Source: Octopus sinensis (Eukaryota). From it: a stretch of DNA of 64,000 nt. Of this stretch, positions 13,217 through 24,939 are shown one piece after another (within the stretch, counting starts at the first letter, position 1; the number at the start of each line of letters is the position of its first letter). The stretch is taken from positions 160,580,001 through 160,644,000 of the forward strand of contig NC_042999.1 of the NCBI RefSeq assembly GCF_006345805.1, given 5' to 3'. A program made the translations under genes and the position numbers. The notes under the pieces were generated by a model. The model saw only the letters and a program-made list of their open reading frames with translations. It was not told the DNA's origin and made no database searches.

Positions 13217-13624
13217 AGGCGCAGGAGTGGCTGTGTGGTAAGTAGCTTGCTAACCAACCACATGGTTCCGGGTTCAGTCCCATTGTGCGGCACCTTGGGC
13301 AAGTGTCTTCTACTATAGCCTCGGGCCAACCAAAGCCGTGTGAGTGGATTTGGTAGACGGAAACTGAAAGAAGCCTGTCGTATATATGTATATATATATA
13401 TATATATGTGTGTTTGTGTGTCTGTGTTTGTCCCCCTAGCATTGCTTGACAACCGATGCTGGTGTGTTTACGCCCCCGTCACTTAGCGGTTCGGCAAAAG
13501 AGAACGATAGAATAAGTACTGGGCTTACAAAAGAATAAGTACCGGGGTCGATTTGCTCGACTAAAAGGCGGTGCTCCAGCATGGCCGCAGTCAAATGACT
13601 GAAACAAGTAAAAGAGTAAAGAGT
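13217..13624 (+). mobile_element. SINE family B
   Basis: Full-length match. Confidence 0.85.
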
Positions 13625-14264
13625 GCTGATTTAGACTACCTTGGCAATAATTACAGTCCATTGCAGCCTTCTGGCCAGCCACAGATTGGTTTATTATTGA
13701 CTAAATAAATAAAAGTTTTTTCCTTGTATTTGTAATGGATGAAAATGTAAACATGCAGACATTTGTCGCTCTCACGTGTGTACATGCATCATCATCATCA
13801 TCATCTTTATTTTATGTCCTCTTTCTTATGTTTACAATACAAGCATCACACAATTCCATTTCATGAAGTGAGAATCCTCTTGTTGTCAGAGTTAATAACT
13901 CACTAAATTTCCTCCACTCTAGTCTTACTCTAGTTTCTATGCTTCAGGACATCCTCTGCCACGGTTGATTAAGCAGGCAATGAACTATCAACTCCTACAG
14001 AGCCTTTCTGATCATTGCAAGGAATTTATTTTATTGATACTCTGACTATTAACTACTCCTGTTTATCTGCCACAGAGTCTTCGATGCTTTTATAGAAGCA
14101 AAGCCATTTTCATAATGACAACAGAGAGTTATCTTCTTTCCTACTTACTAAAACTAAGTTGACTCTGAGACCTCTTGACTCTAGGTTTATCAAAGGCAGG
14201 CATTCTCTAAAAGAAAAAAAGTGCTACATAGAGCAGCTTACTCATAACTAAAAACTTTTCTTTG

Positions 14265-14424
14265 CCGTTACGTTCTGAGTTCAAATTCCACCGAGGTCGA
14301 CTTTGCTTTTCATCCTTTCAGGGTCGATAAATAAAGTACCAGTTACGCACTGGGGTCGATATAATCGACTTAATCCCTTTGTTTGTCCCCTCTGTGTTTA
14401 GCCCCTTGTGGGCAATAAAGAAAT
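14265..14424 (+). mobile_element. SINE family C, 5'-truncated
   Basis: Match to family. Confidence 0.75.
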
Positions 14425-15188
14425 ATATAAAACTTTTCTTTGCAGTTATCTCATTGGAAGAGAGCATCAGTAGTGTGCTGACCTAGCGCAAATTTAAACT
14501 GCATCTCATCTTTTTGCTAATTTCAGGGGTCGATCCATCAGCTTGGTACCCTTAGATTTGCATCTTTTAAGAGCATATTCTCTGCCTTTGAAATTTGATG
14601 AATATATTGTTACATCAGTCACTGAGTAGAGCACCTTTCTATATTCCTTGGTTGATAACATCTTTATTCATCTCGACACACTACTTTGCAATCCAGAACA
14701 CTTCTCACTGCTGCTTCTCTCACCATAGAACATCATAAAATCTTTTGACTTCTCTAGTGCTAACACAGTAATGCATTCAGTCTTCTTGCTTATAGTACAC
14801 TGCCACTAACCCATGCAGTGAAGCTGGAAGTAACCTAGAATATGAGCCTTCCTTCCTAGTACACAGCCTCTTCCACACCAAGACTCTTGCCAAACCACCC
14901 TTCAGTCACATAAAGTAACTGGATGCTTTGTGCCTCAAGGCTAACTTGGAGCAGCATTGGATTCCAGAGATGTAGTTTGTAGAACAATTTTAGAGGAGAA
15001 TCATTTCTCATCTTTGCCACCTTCCGAAGTGATGAGGATCTCCCAAGCTTTTTATTTGACAGCCAGAGTATGAGAAAGGTTCTCACAAATATCAGAACTG
15101 CTAAGCTTGCAGTAACTGAATTTCTTCATGCTGTTTACTCTTGAGAACACTTACAGACTGACCTTTGTTAATATCATGCAATGATATT

Positions 15189-15449
15189 AGCCTCGCCTGG
15201 ACCCCGTGCCAGTGGCATGTAAAAAGCACCATCCGTCCGTGGCCGTTTGCCAGCTCCGTCTGGCACCTGTGCAGGTGGCATGTAAAAAGCACCCACTACA
15301 CTCACGGAGTGGTTGGCGTTAGGAAGGGCATCCAGCTGTAGAAACTCTGCCAGATCTGACTGGCCTGGTGCAGCCTTCTGGCTTCACAGACCCCAGTTGA
15401 ACCGTCCAACCCATGCTAGCATGGAAAGCGGATGCTAAATGATGATGAT
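15189..15449 (+). mobile_element. RTE 3' tail
   Basis: Family signature with (gat)n end. Confidence 0.8.
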
Positions 15450-16334
15450 AGATCCATCACCTCGGCTCACACTTAATGCATAGATAAATAGAACATCATT
15501 GAAGGTTACTGCCAGTGTTTGGTGGGGGGGGGGGATGCATCCTTGAAATTTTGCATCTCTCATGAGCATGATATAACAGCTCTCTGCAAGGGAAAAACAG
15601 CAACATTAACCTCAGTCAGCTTAGATAGCAGACTGTTCCTCGCAATGACGTGTTGGCAATGTCTATCCTAGGGGTAGCATTTCCAAGTCTTAATCTTATT
15701 AAGAGAACATTCTCCAAAAATCCTGGGTGCACTGAGTTCTGCAACATCTATGCTGCTGTATTTCATTTCCCTGGCCTTGAGGGTCGTTCAATGCTCGGGT
15801 CAGTTTGTTGAATCATCAACATCACGCAGTGTTGGCATGTTCTGTGAGACAAGCCTGAGTGGTATAGTATTTTGCAACAGCTACTTTGAATATTATGACA
15901 CAGTTTTCAGTCCTGAAATTGAGCTGAATGGATGATTTTTAAGTCACTTTTCCTGACCCTTCTCAAGGTGGGAGTGAGTAGCAAAGCCACAAGACAAGGT
16001 TGATTGCCACAGCCTGCTTCTCTCTCAGAGTGTACCTCATTGGCGTATGTCTTTTTAGACTTATCCACAAGACAGTAGGGAAGCAACTGCCATAATTAAT
16101 AAAATTAAGATGATTTTAAACACTATTCTGTCCACTCATCAATACAGAGGTGTGTGTGTGTGTGAAGGGATTTACTATTTTGGGGTAAGGTGGAGTCGGA
16201 ATTAGTTTGAGAACCACTCATCAAGGTCACTTAAAGTTACAAAATGGTGATAGGACCCACGATGTAAAGAAAACTCAGCTAGCTGTGACTTCTTTTGGCA
16301 TCAAGGAGCTTTTTTTTCTTTAAAGAATAGATTA

Positions 16335-16496
16335 TAGGCACAGGAGTGGCTGTGTGGTAAGTAGCTTGTTTACCAACCACATGGTTCCGGGTTCAGTCCC
16401 ACTGCGTGGCACCTTGGGCAAGTGTCTTCTACTATAGCCTTGGGCCGACCAAAGCCTTGTGAGTGGATTTGGTAGACGGAAACTGAAAGAAGCCCG

Positions 16497-16539
<43 letters not shown>

Positions 16540-16748
16540 TGTGTGTGTTTGTCCCCCTAGCATTGCTTAACAACCGATGCTGGTGTGTTTATGTCCCCGT
16601 TACTTAGCGGTTCGGCAAGAGAGACCGATAGAATAAGTACTGGGCTTACAAAAGAATAAGTCCCGGGGTCGAGTTGTTTGATTAAAGGCGGTGCTCCAGC
16701 ATGGCCGCAGTCAAATGACTGAAACAAGTAAAAGAGTAAAAAGAGAGT
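16335..16748 (+). mobile_element. SINE family B
   Basis: Full-length match. Confidence 0.85.
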
Positions 16749-17060
16749 ATTGTGACACATGTGAATGTTTATCATTTATAAGACACGGGCAGAAGGTCTG
16801 CAGCGACTGAAGAGAAATATGTTAGACATATGTTAGATGTACAAAACAAATGAGCAATTAGGCCGAGAAAGCAGCTGGAGATATTAAATCCATCATTCAA
16901 TGCAAAAGGGATGACGGCATTGGTGTAGACTTGTGATATTAAGGTGACTGGTTCCATGATTTACAAGGGAATTAAATATATATTACAGTTATTGCCCTTT
17001 ACACAACATTGACTTCCCTTATCTGGATGGGACTTTATTTTTGGACCTGAGTGAACTGTT

Positions 17061-17434
17061 TACTCTTTTACTTGTTTCAGTCATTTGACTGTGGCCATGC
17101 TGGAGCACCGCCTTTAATCGAGCAACTCGACCCCGGGACTTATTCTTTTGTAAGCCTAGTACTTATTCTATTGGTCTCTTTTTGCCGAACCACTAGGTAA
17201 CGGGGACATAAGCACACCAGCATCGGTTGTCAAGCAATGCTAGGGGGACAAACACGGACATACACACACACATATATACGACGGGCTTCTTTCAGTTTCC
17301 ATCTACCAAATCCACTCACAAGGCTTTGGTCGGCCCGAGGCTATAGTAGAAGACACTTGCCCAAGATGCCACGCAGTGGGACTGAACCTGGAACCATGTG
17401 GTTGGTAAACAACCTACTTACCACACAGCCACTC
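17061..17434 (-). mobile_element. SINE family B
   Basis: Near full-length match. Confidence 0.85.
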
Positions 17435-17909
17435 AAAGCAGTTCCCAACAGACTGGCTTTCCTGCACCTGGGAGATTTTGTTCACTTTTTCCAATGGATC
17501 TGTCTGTTCATAGACATTGATACTGGAAAATGCACACCCTTAATACCAAATAAATTTTCACTGAGCAGTTCTCTTCTGCAATATGGTAAGTCTGGTGGTG
17601 ATGGAGAGTCTGGCAACAGGAGCAGGCCTGAATGTACTGAAAGCTTCTAGTAAGAACTCTACAAACCAGCAGTATGGGGTAGATGTCATTTCTGGCTGAG
17701 ATTGAGTGATATGTTAATCATTATGCCCTAATACATCATTCAAACACTGACCTGATAGTTACCAATTTCTGAGCTTAGATTTATTGCTCTAGAATAGGCA
17801 GTGAATTAACAAAGAAAATACACACACACACACACAATAAAGTATATATCTTTATATATATTAAATAAAAAGAAAAACATGGCCATTAATATTAATGAAG
17901 TGACCTTAA

Positions 17910-18331
17910 TAGGCGCAGGAGTGGCTGTGTGGTAAGTAGCTTGCTAACCAACCACATGGTTCTGGGTTCAGTCCCACTGCGTGGCATCTCGGGCAAGTGT
18001 CTTCTGCTATAGCCCCGGGCCGACCAATGCCTTGTGAGTGGATTTGGTAGACAGAAACTGAAAGAAGCCTGTCGTATATATGTATATATATATATATTTA
18101 TATGTGTGTGTGTTTGTGTGTCTGTGTTTGTCCCTCTAGCATTGCTTGACAACCGATGCTGGTGTGTTTACGTCCCCGTCACTTAGCGGTTCGGCAAGAA
18201 GAGACCGATAGAATAAGTACTGAGCTTACAAAGAATAAGTCCCGGGGTCGAGTTGCTCGATTAAAGGCGGTGCTCCAGCATGGCCGCAGTCAAATGACTG
18301 AAACAAGTAAAAGAGAGATAAAAGAGAGATA
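17910..18331 (+). mobile_element. SINE family B
   Basis: Full-length match. Confidence 0.85.
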
Positions 18332-18517
18332 TAGCAAAAGAAGTATCCATGGAATGAAGTAGATGAACTTTCTCAGATGGATCGTTTGTTTCTGTTACTT
18401 AATTAGTGCTAATGGTCTTCTGTTATAATTCTGTGCCCTTGTTTCTCTGCTTGTTCCAATGAAACTATGGTACAATCTGAAAATTGTTTTTTTAAAGTCA
18501 GTTCACTGCTTCTTTAA

Positions 18518-18739
18518 CCCTTTAGCATTCAGATTACTCTGTCAAATGTAAAGCCTGTTTAATTACATTGTTTTAAATTAATTGTACAGCATCTTGTAAC
18601 TCTGGGATATTGATGATGTCCCTGTTTATTTTTAGAATGACTTTGTAGGGTAGGTGTGAGAGGTCAGAGCTGGCTCGTTTTAAAAATAGAACAAGAAGAC
18701 AATTTTGACCTGATATGGGCCGGTTTAAACACTAAAGGG
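18518..18739. mobile_element. piggyBac-type MITE, second family (CCCTTTAGCATT ends)
   Basis: TTAA|CCCTTTAGCATT...ACTAAAGGG; related pieces at about 270-410 and 5330-5520. Confidence 0.7.
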
Positions 18740-18762
18740 TTATTCACCTTTTCAACCTAGCA

Positions 18763-19163
18763 TACTCTTTACTTGTTTCAGTCATTTGACTGCGGCCATG
18801 CTGGAGCACCGCCTTTAGTCGAGCAACTCGACCCCGAGACTTATTCTTTTTGTAAGCCCAGTACTTATTCTATCGGTCTCTTTTTGCCGAACCGCTAAGT
18901 GACGGGGACGTAAACACACCAGCATCGGTTGTCAAGCAATGCTAGGGGAACAAACACAGACACACAAACACACACACATACATATATATATATATTTATA
19001 TATACATATATACGACAGGCTTCTTTCAGTTTCCGTCAACCAAATCCACGCACAAGGCATTGGTCGACCCGGGGCTATAGCAGAAGACACTTGCCCAAGA
19101 TGCCACGCAGTGGGACTGAACCCGGTTAGCAAGCTACTTACCACACAGCCACTCCTGCGCCTA
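18763..19163 (-). mobile_element. SINE family B, short internal deletion in the head
   Basis: Match to family. Confidence 0.85.
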
Positions 19164-19408
19164 GCATATTTACATTTTTAGATAAATATGTAGAATATGT
19201 ATGTACAGTAGTTTCAATTTACCAGACTCTAATTCACATCAAAGCTGAACCAATTTTAAAAGGAAAATTTTGGTCAATACATATCTTCATTTCTACACAC
19301 ACACACATACCATATAGTTATTATCGCTCTATGATGGTATATATATATATATCCCTCTCTCTCTTTCGGAGAGGCACTGAGCAGCTATATGCACACATAC
19401 ACACACGG

Positions 19409-19563
19409 CAGTAACTTCCGCCTACCGAATTCAATCACAAAGCTCCGGTCGGCTCGAGGCTATAGTGGAAGACACCTACCCAAAGTGCCACGCAGTGGGA
19501 CTGAACCCGAAACCATGTAGCTAGGAAGCAAGCTCCCTAACCACACAGCCATGCCCGCGCCTA
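19409..19563 (-). mobile_element. Head-only variant related to SINE family B
   Basis: ggcgcgggcatggctgtgtggttaggg...ggttcagtcccactgcgtggca. Confidence 0.7.
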
Positions 19564-20156
19564 TAACCCATATATATATATATGGGATTTCGTTATTTTC
19601 TTTCTTTTTTGCCATATACAGGTTACAAATTCTGTTTGTTTGTGGAGACTTTTTATTAGTAGGAGAAACAGTGATCAATTTGGCTGCTATTTCTAATATT
19701 TTCGGTGTGTGGTTTTGAGCAACTTGTTGCAATTAACCCTTTATTATAATTATTATAATCCTTACCAAATATGGTCTTTTCCATACCGATAAATATACTA
19801 GGTGAAATTTATTAATTTTATTAAATTAATTATATTCCACTCTTTTTTGCATATATATATATATATATATAAAGCCACATGGTTGGGGTTCAGTACCATT
19901 GTGTAGTTTGTTAAAAGGTTTTCTACTATATCCATAGGGCAACCAATATAAGTGAATCAGAGAGAAACTTCTGGAAACTCATCATACACTTTTTGACAGC
20001 TACAAAAGGTAATTTGTTAATAATAATAATAAAAACATTGTGTACAGTGCTCAGTTATTTCACTCATACAAACAGACGTTTTTATAAAAAATGCAAATAT
20101 TTAAATTCTGGTTAGTGTTGCTGTGACTAGCAAATATTTAAGTCATAGTGATATAA

Positions 20157-20586
20157 GGATCTTTTCAGTTTGAACAGCAGTTTTTTCTAGCGGTGTCCTA
20201 TGAAATTGTCACCCATAATTATGACCCTAGTATCGATCTATTGCATTTCAATCTGTTTTAGGGTTAGGGTTAGTTAGGGATAGGGGTGGGGGGAAGTGTA
20301 TCTTTTTTTCTTCACAAATGTAAATAAACCCAATCTGTTTCTTAAAAGAGGGACATATTCATACGGCACAGAATGTTTTTTTTACCTCAATAGACGTATT
20401 TAATTGGTTAAAATTGCAGAAATTGAAGAAAAAAAAACAACAAATATCTTACAAACTATAGAATTTTCTCAATAAAGCCAAGAGAAAAAGATGTTTTATA
20501 AACACATTCTACCAGTATACGAAGTTTAAAATTTTTTAGTTACCTACAAATTATGTTAAAAACTGCCGTTCAAACCGAAAAGATCC
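20157..20586. mobile_element. MITE with about 30-bp TIRs and 8-bp TSD
   Basis: GGATCTTTTCAGTTTGAACAGCAGTTTTT / AAAAACTGCCGTTCAAACCGAAAAGATCC, flanked by tgatataa on both sides; internal ttagggttaggg. Confidence 0.8.
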
Positions 20587-20715
20587 TGATATAATGAATT
20601 ACTGCCAGCAGTATTCAAAAATTCTTATACCTGCTTTTGTGAAAAGTATAATCAAATAAGTCTTCAATAAAAAAAAAAAACTGAAAATATTGACTTAATA
20701 TGACTCACTGATTTA

Positions 20716-21243
20716 AAATCAAATCAAAATCAAACCAAATCAAATCAGATATCAGAAAGCAGAACCAAAATCGAAGTCGATCAACATCAATGGAAATTGC
20801 AGCTGTGATACCAGTGCCGGCGACAAGTAAGCGAACCATCCGATCGTGGCCGTTGCCAGCGCCGCCCCAACTGGCCTCTGTGCCGGTGGCAAGTAAAAAG
20901 CACCATCCGTTCGTGGCCGTTGCCAGCCTTGCTTGGCCCCCGTGCCGGTGGCACGTAAAAAGCACCATCCGATCGTGGCCGTTGCAAGCCTCGCCTGGCC
21001 CCCGTGCCGGTGGCACGTAAAAAGCACCATCCGTCCTTGGCTGTTTGCCAGCTCCGTCTGGCACGTAAAAAGCACCCACTACACTCACGGAGTGGTTGGC
21101 GTTAGGAAGGGCATCCAGCCGTAGAAACACTGCCAGATCTGACTGGACCTGATGCAGCCTTCTGGCTTCACAGACCCCAGTTGAACCGTCCAACCCATGC
21201 TAGCATGGAAAGCGGACGCTAAATGATGATGATGATGATGATG
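20716..21243 (+). mobile_element. RTE 3' tail with several internal units
   Basis: Family signature with (gat)n end. Confidence 0.8.
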
Positions 21244-21810
21244 AATTGTGAAAAGAAAGTTGTCAGAAGATAAAAAAAAGAATACAAGGTAGACATTATA
21301 AGAATAAATGTTCCTTTAAGTTTTTATTAATCTTTATTTAAAAAAAAGGTTTTGTGCATAATGGTATATTCTATTATGTGTGCATTGATACATGCATACA
21401 TGCACACACACACATCTATACAGACTCAAACTTACACACTTTATACATACAAATATATGTATATATATGTGTGTGTGTGCATGTGTGTGTTTGTAAGTGT
21501 TGTGGGCGCAGAACTCATAATGGAAGGCAACATGGAAGCCAGTTTTCTAATTAAACATTTTGCATAACCATATCATTTCAGATATGGCATGGGAAAAATT
21601 AAATTTCCGTACAAGAACAAATGTTGTCAACAGTGTGAAATGTGCTTCCACTAGTAGCAGTGTGAGCTCTCTCTCACTCACTCTCTCTCTCTCTATATAT
21701 ATATATGTATTTGTATATGTATATATACACACTTACATATGTGTGTGTGTGTGTATGTATGTGTGTGTATGTATGTGTGTGTGTATGTATATATATATAT
21801 ATATATATAC

Positions 21811-22050
21811 ATATGCTTTATTTAAAGCAGCAGAAAATTCAACAAAACCTTTTACTCTGAGTTTCACGTTGCCGTTCATCGGACAGTTTTTGCTAGAAAA
21901 AACTGTCCGATGAACGGCAACGTGAAACTCAGAGTAAAAGGTTTTGTTGAATTTTCTGCTGCTTTTAAATAAAGCATATTACTCTACCACTGGTATATGA
22001 GTACTCTTTTTTCCACCTTATTTCACATTTATGTGTTTACTCTGGTATAT
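21811..22050 (+). mobile_element. Palindromic non-autonomous element with variant hammerhead motif, copy 1
   Basis: About 80-bp arms 21811-21891 and 21897-21979 plus a unique tail shared with the 32.3 kb copy; CCGAUGA-ACG(GCAA)CGU-GAAA-CUC(A)GAG-UA motif at 21903-21940; inserted in (TA)n. Confidence 0.7.
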
Positions 22051-22296
22051 ATACATATATACACACACATGCATATAGGTAGGTAGGTAGGTAGATAGAT
22101 ATACAAATATGAGCAGTAAATTTGGAAGCAAGTCAGACAAAACCAATTTATGTACACAGACACAATATATAATAACATTCAGAAATGGGAAGTGGATGAA
22201 ATCTCATTTATGGAATTAAGATTTCAAGAATTAAAAATAATTGGATGGTTATATATATATATATATACTTTTTTTTCTTTTTCAGTCACAATTTAA

Positions 22297-22302
22297 TTTA
22301 TT
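22297..22302 (-). terminator. Candidate polyadenylation signal AATAAA for ATG2
   Basis: AATAAA 16 nt after the stop codon; the real 3' end may be further downstream. Confidence 0.3.
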
Positions 22303-22317
22303 TTCTTTGATATCACT

Positions 22318-22548
22318 TCAACTGGTTGGGACTTTCCATTTCTCGACATCTTCTCGTCGGGCATCAGGGACAAGTTGATTTCGCATTCCTCCAAGAACAT
22401 TCGAAGTAGCTTCAGAAGCTAAGATAATTGGTTGCACCATCGTTGGTGGTATCTGCCTAATGACACCACCAACAGCACCAGTCATTCCTTTGTGTTCATG
22501 TTCTTCTGTGGCAGCACGGACAATACTTTCAGCTGTTTCGGAAAACCC
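22318..22548 (-). CDS. ATG2: ATG2 terminal coding exon 13/13
   Basis: ttttatcag acceptor; GFSETAESIVRAATEEHEHKGMTGAVGGVIRQIPPTMVQPIILASEATSNVLGGMRNQLVPDARREDVEKWKVPTS-TGA, the ATG2 C-terminus. Confidence 0.97.
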   Translation of the reverse strand, partial: GFSETAESIVRAATEEHEHKGMTGAVGGVIRQIPPTMVQPIILASEATSNVLGGMRNQLVPDARREDVEKWKVPTS

Positions 22549-22609
22549 CTGATAAAAAATCAATATTAATCTGTTAGCAATAAGTAATCAATCAATCAAT
22601 AATAATATA

Positions 22610-22858
22610 ACCACCGCTGTTTAGCCCTAGGAAGCATTGACGCCTCCTGCCGGCTTCGACACATTATTTTTCCTGTGTCCTTATATATTTACGAAGGAGG
22701 GACAAACACCCCCAGCAGCCAGGCCTGCATCTAGAGACACGCATGTTTCAGGATCTTTGTCCATCATCAGTCTAGAGTATATATAAGGACACAGGAAAAA
22801 AAAATGTGTCGAAGCCGGCAGGAAGCGTCGATGCTTCCTAGGGCTAAACATCGGTGGT
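22610..22858. mobile_element. Foldback element, about 79-bp inverted arms around the hammerhead (probably Penelope pLTR-derived)
   Basis: 22610-22688 is the reverse complement of 22780-22858 with about 4 mismatches. Confidence 0.7.
22730..22777 (-). ncRNA. Type I hammerhead ribozyme motif in last ATG2 intron (sense)
   Basis: UCUAGA-CUGAUGA-U-GGA(CAAAGA)UCC-U-GAAA-CA(UGCG)UG-UC^UCUAGA; stem I 6 bp, intact core, GUC cleavage triplet. Confidence 0.75.
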
Positions 22859-23678
22859 GTACCCCCACTACTGTCACGTTCACGTTAGATTGACAGTATA
22901 CAACCATTCTATCGCCCCACCACCGTACATATCTCTATGAGATATTTAGAAATTTAATATTTCCAATAATAATAATAATTCCTTTTATTATAAGCAGAAG
23001 GTCTGAAATATTTGGGGAGGGTGCCAGTCAATTATACCAACCCCAGTATTCCACTGGTACTTGGATGAAAAGCAAAGTCGGTCTCAGCAGAATTTGAACA
23101 CAGAGCATGAAGACAGATGAAATGCTTAGCAGCATTTGGCATGGTTATTATAGTAATAATAATGCTGGCTTCAAATTTTGGCACGAGGCCAGCAATTTTA
23201 GAGGTGGGGTGGGGATAAGTCAATTACATTGACCTCAATGTTCAACTGGTATATATTTTATTGACCATGAAAAGTAGTCGACAAAAGATTGGCACAAGGC
23301 CAGCAATTTTAGAGGGTGGGAGTTGGGGAGTAAGTCAGTTACATTGACCCCCAGTGCTTAACTGGGACTTAGTATAACGATGATAATAATGGTTTCAAAT
23401 TTTGGCACAAAGCTAGGTAATAATAACACTGATTATAAGTGCTACCAGTTTCAAATATATTTGAGACATATTTGAACCAGTAAGAAGACTTTCACTGCAG
23501 TTTGTCATAAAGAAATATGCTTACTGTAGACAAAAAGGGTGAAAACACACCGTGGTCAGTTTGAAGTTCCCTAGGCAGACAAACCACAAATCACTTCAGA
23601 TAGATGGTCCTGCTCGATATGTAGGAAAGATGTAGGTAGAAACTCCATAAGGTGTACCTGGTGTAAGCTATGGACACA

Positions 23679-23845
23679 TAAGCGCAGGAGTGGCTGTGTG
23701 GTAAGTACCTTGCTAACCAACCACATGGTTCCAGGTTCAGTCCCACTGCGTGGCATCTTGGGCAAGTGTCTTCTGCTATAGCCCCGGGCCAACAAATGCC
23801 TTGTGAGTGGATTTGGTAGACGGAAACTGAAAGAAGCCTGTCGTG

Positions 23846-23898
<53 letters not shown>

Positions 23899-24101
23899 TT
23901 GTGTGTCTGTGTTTGTCCCCCTAGCATTGCTTGACAACCGATGCTGGTGTGTTTACGTCCCCGTCACTTAGCGGTTCGGCAAAAGAGACCGATAGAATAA
24001 GTACTGGGCTTACAAAGAATAAGTCCCGGGGTCGATTTGCTCGACTAAAAGTGGTGCTCCAGCATGGCCGCAATCAAATGACTGAAACAAGTAAAAGAGT
24101 A
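23679..24101 (+). mobile_element. SINE family B (ATG2 last intron)
   Basis: Full-length match. Confidence 0.85.
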
Positions 24102-24119
24102 TAAGAGGTGTAGAAATAT

Positions 24120-24545
24120 CAGAAGAAGGTTAACAGGGAAAATGGCTTTTGTGTGTGGAAGATGCACAGGTACAGTAAACACTAAAAATGTACAGAAAAT
24201 AGACTCCATCAACTGCCAGCAGGGTGAGCTAGAGGTAGTAGATAGCTTCCGTTACCTAGGTGACCAAATTAGTAGTGAAGGTGGATGCTTCAAGTGTGTG
24301 GCTGTGAGAATAAGATTAGGCTGGGCAAAGTTCAAAGAGCTCCAACCTCTGCTGGCAACAAAGGGCCTCTCCTTCAGAGTGAAAAGCAGATTGTATGATG
24401 CCTGTGTGCAAACAGCTGTGACAGCTAAGGACGTAGGGTTGAAAGAAATCAGAGAAAAGTTGGGCATAAGAGGCATTGGATGTGGTGTGCAACGGAGATG
24501 ACTGCATTGGTATGGTCATGTGATGCGTATGAATGAGGATATATT
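24120..24545 (+). mobile_element. RTE-clade LINE ORF2 C-terminal fragment, internally deleted
   Basis: LEVVDSFRYLGDQIS...RIRLGWAKFKELQPLL...RLYDACV...LHWYGHVMRM. Confidence 0.85.
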
Positions 24546-24905
24546 GATTATTCACTTTTATACTTTTTGAGATCTAGTTACCTATATGTTTTATAAAAAT
24601 ATATTTTATTTGTTATTTATGCTTTGGTTTATGTCTATCACTGTTTGTCTAGCATAATAGTGGTTTTATCTCTAATTTATATTTTATATATTATATATAT
24701 CATCATCATCATATATGTATATATATATATATAATAATAACAATATTAATTTAAATATTTTAATTTGGAATTTTATATTTTATATTTTTTATATATTATA
24801 TTAATTAATTTTATTTCTTTGTATTGGCTTATGATTTTCACTGTTTGATTTGCCTAATAGTGGTTTTATCTCTAATTTAATATAATATATATATATATAT
24901 ATATG

Positions 24906-24937
<32 letters not shown>

Positions 24938-24939
<2 letters not shown>

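Larger units (their letters stand above)
13830..16090 (-). mobile_element. Highly decayed long RTE-type LINE interrupted by younger inserts
   Basis: Remnants resembling the endonuclease start (SIDVAELS), RT (MQFKFALGQ..TDALF, LESRGLRVNL) and C-terminus (WRKFSELLTL); many stops and frameshifts. Confidence 0.55.

Noticed and set aside
17436-17700. Restriction-like-endonuclease LINE C-terminal remnant (KASLLGTA)
   Set aside because: Only one short motif in a broken frame; too weak to annotate
20258-20285. Interstitial telomere or chromosome-fusion site
   Set aside because: Only two to three TTAGGG units, located inside a MITE
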